Shown piece after piece: positions 26,897 to 34,812 of a stretch of DNA of 38,736 nucleotides (positions within the stretch are counted from its first letter, which is position 1; every line of letters begins with the position of its first letter). The notes beneath the pieces are model-generated. The model searched no databases. It was given only the letters and a program-made list of their open reading frames with translations, and had not been told where the DNA came from. The position numbers and the translations under genes are program-made. This stretch comes from a virus (Duplodnaviria; Caudoviricetes), in IMG/VR virus record IMGVR_UViG_3300020045_013430, positions 1 to 38,736 of that record; one strand, given 5' to 3'.

Positions 26897-27551
26897 TAGC
26901 GCCTCCGTCTACAATAGTTGGAGAGAGGGCTGAGGGTGAGCGGTGGCGAGTCTCTACCTTTACCTCTTCCTTTGTGGTGCGGCTCATGGTCAGAACAAAC
27001 TCGGACCAGTTGAACACTTCCTTATTATCACCATCTCCAAACAGTGCTTCAATCGACTGGAGCTGCTGTGGAGTATAGTGAGCGCGGAGCTTGAGGAGAT
27101 ACTGGAAGTCCTGGCTGTCCTGTGGTGTGGTGTGCCAGTGACCGTCATCGTCCAGAACTCTTTGTCTTGCTAAGCTCCCGTTCAGCACACGATAATCTTT
27201 CTCCAATACCAGTCGATAGTTACGCAGGAACTCTAGCCCTGCATACTCCATCGCCAGTGTCTTTCTCAGTTCTGGCACCCTACTCTCGAGGTCGAAGAAC
27301 TTCTCATCCTTCCGCCAGAGCGATAGTGTGCTCTTCGCCTTCCCCAACAGACTGAGCGCCTCCCTAATCCCGAATCCACTAGCTCTCAGCCCCAGGTATC
27401 TCGCTCTATCATCATTTCTCGCATAGGGTACAAGACTTTGCGGAATACTTATTTCAGGCTCATCCATGTCAGGTAAGGTGGTAGAGTCCACCACTGCCTG
27501 ACTATCAGCCTTATGAAATCCTGTCCGCTGACTCTCCTGCTTTGCCTCCAC
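26880..27551 (-). CDS. putative terminase small subunit (HTH)
   Basis: GFGIREALSLLGKAKSTLSLWR HTH; first gene of the packaging operon; GGAGGAG RBS. Confidence 0.7.
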   Translation of the reverse strand: MEAKQESQRTGFHKADSQAVVDSTTLPDMDEPEISIPQSLVPYARNDDRARYLGLRASGFGIREALSLLGKAKSTLSLWRKDEKFFDLESRVPELRKTLAMEYAGLEFLRNYRLVLEKDYRVLNGSLARQRVLDDDGHWHTTPQDSQDFQYLLKLRAHYTPQQLQSIEALFGDGDNKEVFNWSEFVLTMSRTTKEEVKVETRHRSPSALSPTIVDGGANGEEE

Positions 27552-27586
27552 AGCATCTCCTCCGATGATATCTTACTATTATCCTC

Positions 27587-27615
27587 ATTGTACATCTTCC
27601 GCCAGTCACCAGCAA
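27587..27615 (-). promoter_or_regulatory. sigma70-type promoter of the terminase-portal operon
   Basis: TTGCTG-N17-TACAAT on the minus strand; same -35 as the capsid promoter. Confidence 0.7.
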
Positions 27616-27628
27616 GATGTGTAATAAT

Positions 27629-27673
27629 GTGGATGTATAATAATAATATCTTATGTATAATTTGTTATATTAT
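27629..27673. repeat. AT-rich regulatory element, copy 2, between divergent promoters
   Basis: TGGATGTATAATAATAAT…ATGTATAATT..TTATATTAT. Confidence 0.8.
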
Positions 27674-27681
27674 TCTACCCA

Positions 27682-27711
27682 TTGAATCGTAGAGTTGCTG
27701 TGTGGTATAAT
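27682..27711 (+). promoter_or_regulatory. extended -10 sigma70 promoter
   Basis: TTGAAT-N18-TATAAT with a TGn extension. Confidence 0.75.
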
Positions 27712-27717
27712 AGCAGT

Positions 27718-28038
27718 ATGGACGAAAAACGGTTGGGCGCGAAGAACAGATGCTGTCTGGCAATGAGAGAGAATGGGATTGAGGATGCGAGTAGCTATGA
27801 CGGGGTGAAGTTCTGTGTGTATGAGTGCCCGTACCCTGACTACTGTAAACTAGAGGTGTCGGAATTGGTGGAGCGCACAATGCAGAGAGTAGTGCTGTCG
27901 AAGAAGTTGAGAAAGTTGCGTGTGCCGCTAGATGACATTGCTCGTATTATTGGAGTAGATAGGGTCAGTGTCAAGCGATACCTCAAAACACCAGACGGTC
28001 TAAGGGGCGGAAGGCCAGCTATGAGCAGGAAGGAGTGA
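27718..28038 (+). CDS. Cys-cluster plus C-terminal HTH transcription regulator, probably leaderless
   Basis: CVYECPYPDYC, then LDDIARIIGVDRVSVKRYL; ATG starts 7 nt after the -10 hexamer, with no RBS. Confidence 0.7.
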   Translation: MDEKRLGAKNRCCLAMRENGIEDASSYDGVKFCVYECPYPDYCKLEVSELVERTMQRVVLSKKLRKLRVPLDDIARIIGVDRVSVKRYLKTPDGLRGGRPAMSRKE

Positions 28039-28040
28039 GC

Positions 28041-28463
28041 ATGAACGTAAGAATTTCAATCAACAGGAAGAGAGCTAAATGTCGCCACTGCTCTCAAATG
28101 ATAGAGTCGGGCGAGTATCAGGTGGTCTGTACCTACTACATGCACCCGCCCAATAGCGGGAAGAGCTGGCTAAAAACCATGTACTTCCACGCGAAAGACC
28201 CGTACTGCTGGGTGGACAGAGGAATACTGAGCGTATCAATGCGCCCTCACACTGAGACACGAGGAAGGAAAGCTGTCTCTATGCCGGATGCTGTGAAGGT
28301 GGAGAGGGTGAAGATACTGAGGCGAAGAGCGGCAGTAATGCAGCGGGTGGACTTCGAGATGCGACATAAGCGACGCCCTGAGAAGCTACTCCACCTTGCT
28401 GAGTCGTTGGAGAAGTTCAAGCAACTCATCGAGTCCTATGGCGGTGTGCCGAAGAGGTGGTAG
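28041..28463 (+). CDS. zinc-finger protein (PARP-type-like CxxC…H…C) with basic helical C-terminus
   Basis: RAKCRHCSQMIESGE…YFHAKDPYCW; AAGGAG RBS. Confidence 0.6.
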   Translation: MNVRISINRKRAKCRHCSQMIESGEYQVVCTYYMHPPNSGKSWLKTMYFHAKDPYCWVDRGILSVSMRPHTETRGRKAVSMPDAVKVERVKILRRRAAVMQRVDFEMRHKRRPEKLLHLAESLEKFKQLIESYGGVPKRW

Positions 28464-29038
28464 GTGACTGGATGGAGTGCTGCGGATGGAGTGGGTAGCG
28501 CCACCTTGGACGAAGCTGTGGATGGCCAGATAGTTGTGTGAGAGTGGGTGTGTGTGGCTGGTGGATGCAGCGAGTTTGAGGGCGCGGAAAATTCTAGTTC
28601 ACGCCCACCAAGCAAAAAAACACACAGCAAATAGGCAGCAGGGTCAAGTCTCTTATGTCGGACATAAAGGCTGGTGTGGCAGGAAAGGTGAACATCTGTT
28701 CGGCTGGTGTGGATGCGTGCGAAGGTGAGGATATGCGTAGGTGCGAATATATGCAGGTGCGAATGAGTGGAAGGGTGGGTGGCTGGTGATAGTTATGTCA
28801 GGCTAATTATTCACAAGAAATTCACAAAAGATGTATGGCATTGTAGGGCAATCCACACCCAAGCGGCCAGCCAATCCTATATGATACGTATTGTGGATGA
28901 AGGGTGGATGATAGGTGTGAATATGAAAGAGGTGCAGCGAGCGGGCTAGGCATTGCGGAATCTACAATTGAATATGGAAGCTACGAAGTGGCAATAGCGT
29001 AGTAGAATTCAGCCATAAAATTTGAAGGAGAATCTACT
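28464..29038. other. largest non-coding region; candidate replication origin or genome-end/packaging region
   Basis: G/T-skewed; short repeats (GGCTGGTG, GTGCGAA); DnaA-box-like 9-mers; no convincing ORF. Confidence 0.45.
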
Positions 29039-29641
29039 ATGACTACAGACGGAACTAGTGCCACTCCAGTTGTCGAGATTGACTACACAACCTATACGGC
29101 TGACCAGCTGCTTGCTGCGATTGGCGAAGCGTGGGCCAAGAAGGACATGAAGCTCATGGCGGTTCTGGCCAAGCTCCACACGAAGGCGGAGGCTGCTGCG
29201 GAAGCTGCGAAGCGAGCGGAGATACAGACGAAGCTGGCCGGACTGACTGCTGAAGTGCAGGCTGCGTTTGATAAGGTTGCGACGAGACTGCGCGATAGCG
29301 GGAAGTACGACGGAGCTGATGGGTTCTGGTATGCGATGGACTTTGGTGAAAAGCTCACCACATGCCGAATCACGAAGGCTGCGAAGGCTGCGAAGGCTTC
29401 AGGTGAGGCAGGAACAGCGGGCAAGAGCAGCTATGTTGCCAATCCGGCGAAGTCCAGCGACCTTCTCGCACAGGTCGGCGGTCATGTAATGTTCGCTGAG
29501 GCTGCGACTGTCACAATCGACAAGGTGGAGCAAACGGTGCCTGCTGGCATGACGTTTCAGCAAGCGTATGACCACAGCCAAAACGGTGGCTGGAGGAATA
29601 GGGTGAGGATGGCGCTGCTGAAAGAAGCTGGCATAATCTAA
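29039..29641 (+). CDS. Ala/Lys-rich two-domain protein, 200 aa, with its own terminator
   Basis: AAGGAG RBS; coiled-coil N-terminal half; KAAKAAK linker. Confidence 0.8.
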   Translation: MTTDGTSATPVVEIDYTTYTADQLLAAIGEAWAKKDMKLMAVLAKLHTKAEAAAEAAKRAEIQTKLAGLTAEVQAAFDKVATRLRDSGKYDGADGFWYAMDFGEKLTTCRITKAAKAAKASGEAGTAGKSSYVANPAKSSDLLAQVGGHVMFAEAATVTIDKVEQTVPAGMTFQQAYDHSQNGGWRNRVRMALLKEAGII

Positions 29642-29674
29642 ACCGCACACTTTGAACGTGAACTTGTAGCGACT

Positions 29675-29717
29675 AGAAGGGGCTAGGTGAAGTTGCCAAC
29701 CTAGCCTCTTTCTCTTT
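29675..29717 (+). terminator. intrinsic terminator
   Basis: AAGGGGCTAGG…CCTAGCCTCTT stem followed by TCTCTTT. Confidence 0.75.
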
Positions 29718-29787
29718 GTCCATTTTTGTGCATTGCTGTTCAGTAATACTTGGGGGCGTGTGTGGGCTGATGCACACGGGGCGGGAA

Positions 29788-29836
29788 CTTGTTGATTCCG
29801 TCAACATGGGGGGAAGTTCTTGTTGATTCCGTCAAC
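29788..29836. promoter_or_regulatory. tandem palindromic operators
   Basis: CTTGTTGATTCCGTCAAC exactly repeated at 29788 and 29819; GTTGA-N5-TCAAC palindrome. Confidence 0.75.
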
Positions 29837-29841
29837 TTGTG

Positions 29842-29871
29842 TTGAGATGTAGGTGGCTGGCGTGGTATAAT
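29842..29871 (+). promoter_or_regulatory. extended -10 sigma70 promoter of the small-ORF operon
   Basis: TTGAGA-N18-TATAAT with a TGn extension. Confidence 0.75.
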
Positions 29872-29897
29872 AGGGTGTGGGTTGAATACCACGCTGT

Positions 29898-30041
29898 ATG
29901 GAGATGGATATGGAACAGACTGAACAGATGGAAAGGACAAAGTATATGGAAAGGAAAGAACAGATGGAACCGACTGAATCGACGGATAAGCATGAGTCGA
30001 CAGCGATGGATGGAATGTGGAAGATTGGTGGTGCGAGATGA
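29898..30041 (+). CDS. repetitive peptide, 47 aa, built from 18-bp units (MExxxx)
   Basis: Not in the ORF track; MEMDMEQTEQMERTKYMERKEQMEPTES…; ATGA overlap with the next gene. Confidence 0.45.
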   Translation: MEMDMEQTEQMERTKYMERKEQMEPTESTDKHESTAMDGMWKIGGAR

Positions 30042-30313
30042 ACAGCGCAATTTTCTACGGGACTGATGGTACGGTTGTGAAGCTTGACCATAAGCCAACG
30101 CTGGAGGAGTGTCAGCAGATGGTGGGTGGCTGGATAGAGCTTGTCCACCGCACCATCTACAATCCCGCCTTCGAGGGCCAGATGGTGGTGAATGAGGAGG
30201 GGTTGCTGAAGGGGTTGCCGATTAACAAGGTAGGCACGAGACTCTATGGTAGTCCACACAGTCCAATAGTTAGCAATGTTGTGATACTTACCGGCAAGTG
30301 GAAGCTGGACTAG
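30038..30313 (+). CDS. DUF3846-like protein
   Basis: TLEECQQMVGGWIE…VNEEGLLKGLPIN…PIVSNVVI. Confidence 0.75.
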   Translation: MNSAIFYGTDGTVVKLDHKPTLEECQQMVGGWIELVHRTIYNPAFEGQMVVNEEGLLKGLPINKVGTRLYGSPHSPIVSNVVILTGKWKLD

Positions 30314-30316
30314 GCG

Positions 30317-30574
30317 ATGCGCGACAAGACGGAGTTATGTAAGCAAACTCAGGAGACATGTTGGCCGAACTGCGTGTATCATGGTAGTTGCCACAGGGAG
30401 GCGATGTTTCACAGTTCTGCAATGAGTGCGGAAGAGGCGAGCAACTGTATGGAGACGAGTGAGGTGATTGCAATTCTGAGTAAGTTGGCTGATATGCACG
30501 ATGCTGAGGCCACAGTACGATTGGCTCTTGCTACAGCAATTGATTATGTAAGGAGAGAAACAGAGCAGTGCTAA
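30317..30574 (+). CDS. hypothetical Cys-containing protein
   Basis: Tight packing within the operon. Confidence 0.55.
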   Translation: MRDKTELCKQTQETCWPNCVYHGSCHREAMFHSSAMSAEEASNCMETSEVIAILSKLADMHDAEATVRLALATAIDYVRRETEQC

Positions 30575-30885
30575 ATTATCTTTCACTCGGCCCAACTCCG
30601 AACGACGAACCTTGTGCTCAGGTAGGGCAGGATAACTATGCTGCGCAGGTAAGGAAGGAATGCAGGGCCTATATTAACCAGCTCACTCGGCAACTAGGCG
30701 AACTGCCTGACTCATGCAGCTTCGCCACCAAATCTTTCCCTCATGATTTCGGTGGCTATCGTGAAGTAATTATCAACTTCGATGAGGATGATAACACAGC
30801 CTCAGCCTTTGCCTTCTATGCGGAAGCGCATGCTCCGGCCACGTGGGATAGTGAGGCGAGGAAGGAGTTGGGTATTGAAGAATGA
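30568..30885 (+). CDS. conserved-type phage hypothetical protein
   Basis: LGPTP.DEPCAQVG…FPHDFG.YREV pattern; AAGGAG RBS. Confidence 0.7.
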   Translation: MLNYLSLGPTPNDEPCAQVGQDNYAAQVRKECRAYINQLTRQLGELPDSCSFATKSFPHDFGGYREVIINFDEDDNTASAFAFYAEAHAPATWDSEARKELGIEE

Positions 30886-31102
30886 GCTGACAATCTATTT
30901 GGTAAGGCCAATGTCACTACCAGGCATACCAGATGCTCCGACGAAGGTAGTCAGGACACGCGGTCAGTTGAGGGCGATAGAAATCTATATCGCCTATATG
31001 CAGGAACACTACGGCATCACACTGATGGTGACTGACGTAGTAGCAACAGCAATGATGGTACTGGAAGACAAGACCAACAGTATAAAAGGAGAGGGACAGT
31101 AA
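30875..31102 (+). CDS. hypothetical protein
   Basis: TTG start with AAGGAG RBS. Confidence 0.5.
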   Translation: MKNELTIYLVRPMSLPGIPDAPTKVVRTRGQLRAIEIYIAYMQEHYGITLMVTDVVATAMMVLEDKTNSIKGEGQ

Positions 31103-31362
31103 TGTACAGCGAGGACGAGATGGTGTTGTGGGCAGCGGATATGAGAGCAGGCCGACTCGAACAGTCAATTGCAGATGTGCTGTCAGTAAGGGTCAGGTCT
31201 GCCAACAAGAAGACAGAGCAAGTTGTGCGATTCTCCAACAAGCGGATGATTACAGAACTCCAGCCCAAACGCGGACACGATGGTCCAGTCACTGTGCGCA
31301 AGATGACCGAGCAGGAAATGAAGGAGTTCGTGAAGCGACAGAGGAGCAGTTCAAGCGCATAA
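31102..31362 (+). CDS. hypothetical basic protein
   Basis: TAATG overlap; GGAGAGG upstream. Confidence 0.65.
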   Translation: MYSEDEMVLWAADMRAGRLEQSIADVLSVRVRSANKKTEQVVRFSNKRMITELQPKRGHDGPVTVRKMTEQEMKEFVKRQRSSSSA

Positions 31363-31363
31363 G

Positions 31364-31522
31364 ATGAGTGAGCAGACTGTTCAGCGACGGAGTCAGGTGA
31401 GACTAGGAGCCAATACCTATCTGGTCTGTTCAGTTTGTGGGCACTACCAGCGCCTCACGGCTTTCGTACCAGTCTGTCCGTGTTGCTTGCCATCGCACAA
31501 AGGAAACAGGAAGGAGAGGTAG
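31364..31522 (+). CDS. small zinc-ribbon protein, 52 aa (CSVC…CPCC)
   Basis: Not in the ORF track; fills the gap in the operon. Confidence 0.5.
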   Translation: MSEQTVQRRSQVRLGANTYLVCSVCGHYQRLTAFVPVCPCCLPSHKGNRKER

Positions 31523-31530
31523 GAGGAGAT

Positions 31531-31608
31531 ATGGCAATAACCGAAGGGCAGAAGGAATTAGAGTGGTTGTATGTGGCCCATGGAACTGACAGCGGATACC
31601 TGTCATGA
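31531..31608 (+). CDS. 25-aa micro-ORF (MAITEGQKELEWLYVAHGTDSGYLS)
   Basis: Strong AGGAGGAG RBS; ATGA overlap with the HD gene. Confidence 0.4.
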   Translation: MAITEGQKELEWLYVAHGTDSGYLS

Positions 31609-32120
31609 GGCAGGGAACCGTCAGTGTAATTCTAGGATGCCATTCCCCAGTGCATTCGGTGCTTGTCTGGAAGTCATGGCGGTATCTGTACGGGAAGACA
31701 CCATCGTTCAAGGAAACAATCTGCATCTTCCTCCACGACGTAGGTCATTGGGGTCTGGACTATCTGGATGACGAAGGCCAGAAGAAAGTACATTGGGAGT
31801 TGGGTGCGTGTCTCGCTCGGTGCCTGTTCGGTAACTCTGGCTACTCTCTACTGGCCGGTCACTGCCACCACAGCGGACACCCTCAGAGCAGACTCTACAA
31901 GCCCGACAAATACTCGTGGTATATCGCCCCTTACTGGTGGCTCTGGTCGAACATCGTCTTTGAGCCTCAGTTGCAGATGGGGTACAAGACCAAGCGAGAG
32001 GCCATTGAGAAGTTCAGGGCTCAGGTACGGGCCAGCATTGAAACCGGCGAGTACAGGTCAACGCACAGCTTCTTCACGGAACGTTGTCAGTCAGCCCTCC
32101 CCGGAAAGGAGCAGTCATGA
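31605..32120 (+). CDS. HD-domain phosphohydrolase-like protein
   Basis: H…FLHDVGH…HWELGA…HCHH…PDK metal-binding pattern. Confidence 0.7.
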   Translation: MRQGTVSVILGCHSPVHSVLVWKSWRYLYGKTPSFKETICIFLHDVGHWGLDYLDDEGQKKVHWELGACLARCLFGNSGYSLLAGHCHHSGHPQSRLYKPDKYSWYIAPYWWLWSNIVFEPQLQMGYKTKREAIEKFRAQVRASIETGEYRSTHSFFTERCQSALPGKEQS

Positions 32121-32635
32121 GCGATATCAAGTGTGAGATGTGCCAAGGCAAAGGACATGTGTTTGAGGGGGTTGACTGTTTTGGATACCACTACAAACAG
32201 TGTGACAGATGCAACGGCACAGGCATAAGTGAAGTCAAGCGCCTGACAGCCGAGAACATGCGGCTGGAGGCAGAACGTGTTGCTACGGAAAACCAGCGCA
32301 ATGAGGCGCTGAACCTATTGGCCTAAGCAAAAGAAGTTTGCAAGCAGAAACAGACGGAACTTGTTGCCGCCGAGAAGCTGGTCGAGGCGATGAAGGGGCA
32401 GGCAATATGGTGGCTCATCGAACGAACTCCGCAAGTGAATAGCCTACAGTTTTTCAATGGCTACGAGTGGGTAGCGTCTGCATCACAGGCCGCTAAATTT
32501 CCCACGAAGCAAGCTGCTCAATCGGTAATAGACAGGTATGTTGTTAATGCATACGGCAGAAATGTGTACGAACTAGAGAGGATGGGTGCCTATGTTGTGG
32601 AGCATGCGTGGGCCACGCTGGAGGCACAGCCGTGA
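32117..32635 (+). pseudogene. DnaJ-type Zn finger plus coiled-coil gene interrupted by an in-frame TAA at 32324 (or two ORFs)
   Basis: CEMCQGKG…CDRCNGTG; the frame stays open after the TAA and runs into the 32390 ORF. Confidence 0.5.
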
Positions 32636-33108
32636 CCAGCATCTCACGATGCTGCAACGAAACAATAAGAGTAGGTGGAGAAGGCACTACTCATTGGTAT
32701 ATATGTAATAAATGCAATAAGCCCTGCGATATCAGGGAGAAGCCTTCACTACAGGAGCAGCTTGAGGAAGCTTTCGCCAAAGACAGCTACGAGCAGTATT
32801 GGTCTATGCCGTGGGATGACCTTGACTCCTTCCATAAACAACAGCAACTAAAAGCGGCACGGAGACAACTCGCACTCCTCGCCGCATGGCGTGGTGAGCA
32901 TGGCGAGCGGGTGAGACTATTAGTCCCTTGCCCGCCTAAAGACGCACCATGCCCGGAGTTCAAGTGCGAACGGTACGGCATGAATTGCAGGAAGTCAGAG
33001 AAGATTCTACCGCTTCAGGAGCAGGGAGATACTCTCATCTGCCCAAGTCTAGACTACTGTGCGAAGATAGACATAGTGATGGAAAGGATATCCTTCCCTC
33101 CCAGGTAG
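32632..33108 (+). CDS. Cys-rich hypothetical protein
   Basis: GTGA overlap; GGAGG RBS; SRCC…YICNKCNKPC. Confidence 0.65.
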   Translation: MTSISRCCNETIRVGGEGTTHWYICNKCNKPCDIREKPSLQEQLEEAFAKDSYEQYWSMPWDDLDSFHKQQQLKAARRQLALLAAWRGEHGERVRLLVPCPPKDAPCPEFKCERYGMNCRKSEKILPLQEQGDTLICPSLDYCAKIDIVMERISFPPR

Positions 33109-33170
33109 CAGATGCTATCCGCGCAGTCTGCAAGAAATGTGAAGCCAACACTATCTCAAAGGAGGATGAG

Positions 33171-33311
33171 ATGAGTCGACTACATCAGTGGCAATATACT
33201 ATCATTGACCAGTGCAAAGTGTGCGGTGCAACAAAGGACAGGCGCAACCATGAGCCTGCCACACTCAACGGAAGGGTGGTCAAGTACTGCCCATCCCACA
33301 ATCCACAATAA
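33171..33311 (+). CDS. small zinc-binding protein, 46 aa
   Basis: AAGGAGG RBS; CKVC…CPSH. Confidence 0.55.
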   Translation: MSRLHQWQYTIIDQCKVCGATKDRRNHEPATLNGRVVKYCPSHNPQ

Positions 33312-33313
33312 AC

Positions 33314-33610
33314 ATGAAGGAGAAAGCAGTGGACTTACCAGACAGTGAGGAAATCGAATTAGAACATGAGTCTGAGCACTTTCCAGACTGCCCACACTCA
33401 CCTTCCTTTGACCTCCTAACTTGCCCTGAATATCTCGAGCGGCTGTGCCTACCACTCAGCTACTGTGAAGCAGATAGGGGCTGCTGGAAAGGTTGCACAT
33501 GCACCCAGCAGAGTGACGCAATCATGCAGACAATGGATGAGATAGCTGAGCAGACTGATGCTGACCTTGTGTGGCCTGGTAGAGGCCGCGAGCCGTACGA
33601 GCTAGAGTAA
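33314..33610 (+). CDS. acidic Cys-rich hypothetical protein
   Basis: Tight packing within the operon. Confidence 0.55.
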   Translation: MKEKAVDLPDSEEIELEHESEHFPDCPHSPSFDLLTCPEYLERLCLPLSYCEADRGCWKGCTCTQQSDAIMQTMDEIAEQTDADLVWPGRGREPYELE

Positions 33611-33627
33611 TAGAGAAGGGAGACCTG

Positions 33628-33822
33628 ATGAGTCACAATATAGAGATAGGGCATTTCATGAGATGGGCAGAGCACCACGGTTGGAAGCGCTGCTATGACT
33701 ACCAAAGCAGCATGGTCTACGTGACGCCAGCAGGCAACATTGTAGTAGTAGGAACAGACGTAGACAACGCACCAGGACAGGTAGTTAGCATCAGCCATAT
33801 AGTAAATCAGGTAGGAGAGTAA
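33628..33822 (+). CDS. hypothetical protein, 64 aa
   Basis: AAGGGAG RBS. Confidence 0.65.
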   Translation: MSHNIEIGHFMRWAEHHGWKRCYDYQSSMVYVTPAGNIVVVGTDVDNAPGQVVSISHIVNQVGE

Positions 33823-33823
33823 G

Positions 33824-34465
33824 ATGAAACTTGGCAGCGGAGAGTTAAGGCTATTGTTGCAGGAGAGGCAGTACACATACAGTGCACAAGGAGTGGTATA
33901 TGAAGATGGGAAGATAGGAACATTGACAAGAACTATTACGCTCCCGCCAGTACTGCAACCTTATTGCGGGAAGGAGATTGAGGGTGCGTGTCTGGAGGTA
34001 AGAGCAGGCACAGTGTTCGGACTGGAGGGTGAGGGTGTGCTACTCTCCAACATGGGTGCAAGATGCACACCAAGCATAGTGCCTCTCAAACTCGACAACT
34101 ACCCAGAGCTCGGCCACCCCACAGAATCTGAGGTTGGCTGGTACCTTACACCACACCGCTATTACCTTGTCACCACAGTCGAAAAGATATTCACCCCGCC
34201 TGACCTTCTAGCCCACGCCTACCCTCGTACCACACTCCAGCGCTGCGGTGTTATCCTCACCTGCACATCCATATCACCAGCATACGAAGGCATCCTGACC
34301 TTCGGGATAGAGAACAGAGGCGGAACAGACTTCTTCCTTGCTCGAAACGCTCGTATCGCCATGATAGAGTTTGAGGAGCTGAAGGAGCAGGAACTGTCTG
34401 CACAATATAGGGGTCAGTGGCAGGGCGGAAGAGTAGCGTGTCCAGAGGGGGAGAAGCAGCAATAG
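33824..34465 (+). CDS. trimeric dCTP deaminase/dUTPase family protein
   Basis: LVTTVE, PRTTLQRCGV, ISPAYEGILT, ARIAMIEF, YRGQWQG. Confidence 0.85.
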   Translation: MKLGSGELRLLLQERQYTYSAQGVVYEDGKIGTLTRTITLPPVLQPYCGKEIEGACLEVRAGTVFGLEGEGVLLSNMGARCTPSIVPLKLDNYPELGHPTESEVGWYLTPHRYYLVTTVEKIFTPPDLLAHAYPRTTLQRCGVILTCTSISPAYEGILTFGIENRGGTDFFLARNARIAMIEFEELKEQELSAQYRGQWQGGRVACPEGEKQQ

Positions 34466-34692
34466 TGGCAATCAGAATCTGTCTCACCTGCGGCTATCTG
34501 AGAAAGAACAAGTATGGCTTTGCTCACTGCAATAACACAAGGTCTACCTTCTACCTCGAAAGCCGCTGCCCGACAGACACCTGCATCAGTTGGGATATGG
34601 ATGGAGGGAGAGGGAAAAGCAGTCCCGACTCCACTCCTCCACCAGTAACGCCAAGAGGAGACAGCATCAATGCTAGTTCATTTCCAAAGTGA
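34465..34692 (+). CDS. Cys-rich hypothetical protein
   Basis: GTG start overlapping the upstream stop; CLTC…C…C…C. Confidence 0.5.
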   Translation: MAIRICLTCGYLRKNKYGFAHCNNTRSTFYLESRCPTDTCISWDMDGGRGKSSPDSTPPPVTPRGDSINASSFPK

Positions 34693-34701
34693 GCCTGTCT
34701 A

Positions 34702-34812
34702 GTGGGGTTCATGCTCATCGTCTTAGCCCTAGTATCCCTAGTCAACCTAGTCCTGCTCTATCTCCATCGCGAGATTGCAAGAAAGATGAGGAACCACAAA
34801 CGCAGATGGTAA
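34702..34812 (+). CDS. small membrane peptide (TM helix plus basic tail)
   Basis: Not in the ORF track; GFMLIVLALVSLVNLVLLYL-HREIARKMRNHKRRW; start uncertain. Confidence 0.45.
   Translation: MGFMLIVLALVSLVNLVLLYLHREIARKMRNHKRRW

Noticed and set aside
28557-28564. E. coli Chi site GCTGGTGG
   Set aside because: Single occurrence in a G/T-rich tract; Chi sequences are host-specific
29788-29999. Mini-CRISPR array
   Set aside because: Only two 18-bp repeats with a 13-bp gap, and the downstream units are contiguous with no spacers
31605-32120. Z-genome (2-aminoadenine) pathway
   Set aside because: An HD enzyme and PolA are present, but no PurZ/PurA-like gene is visible
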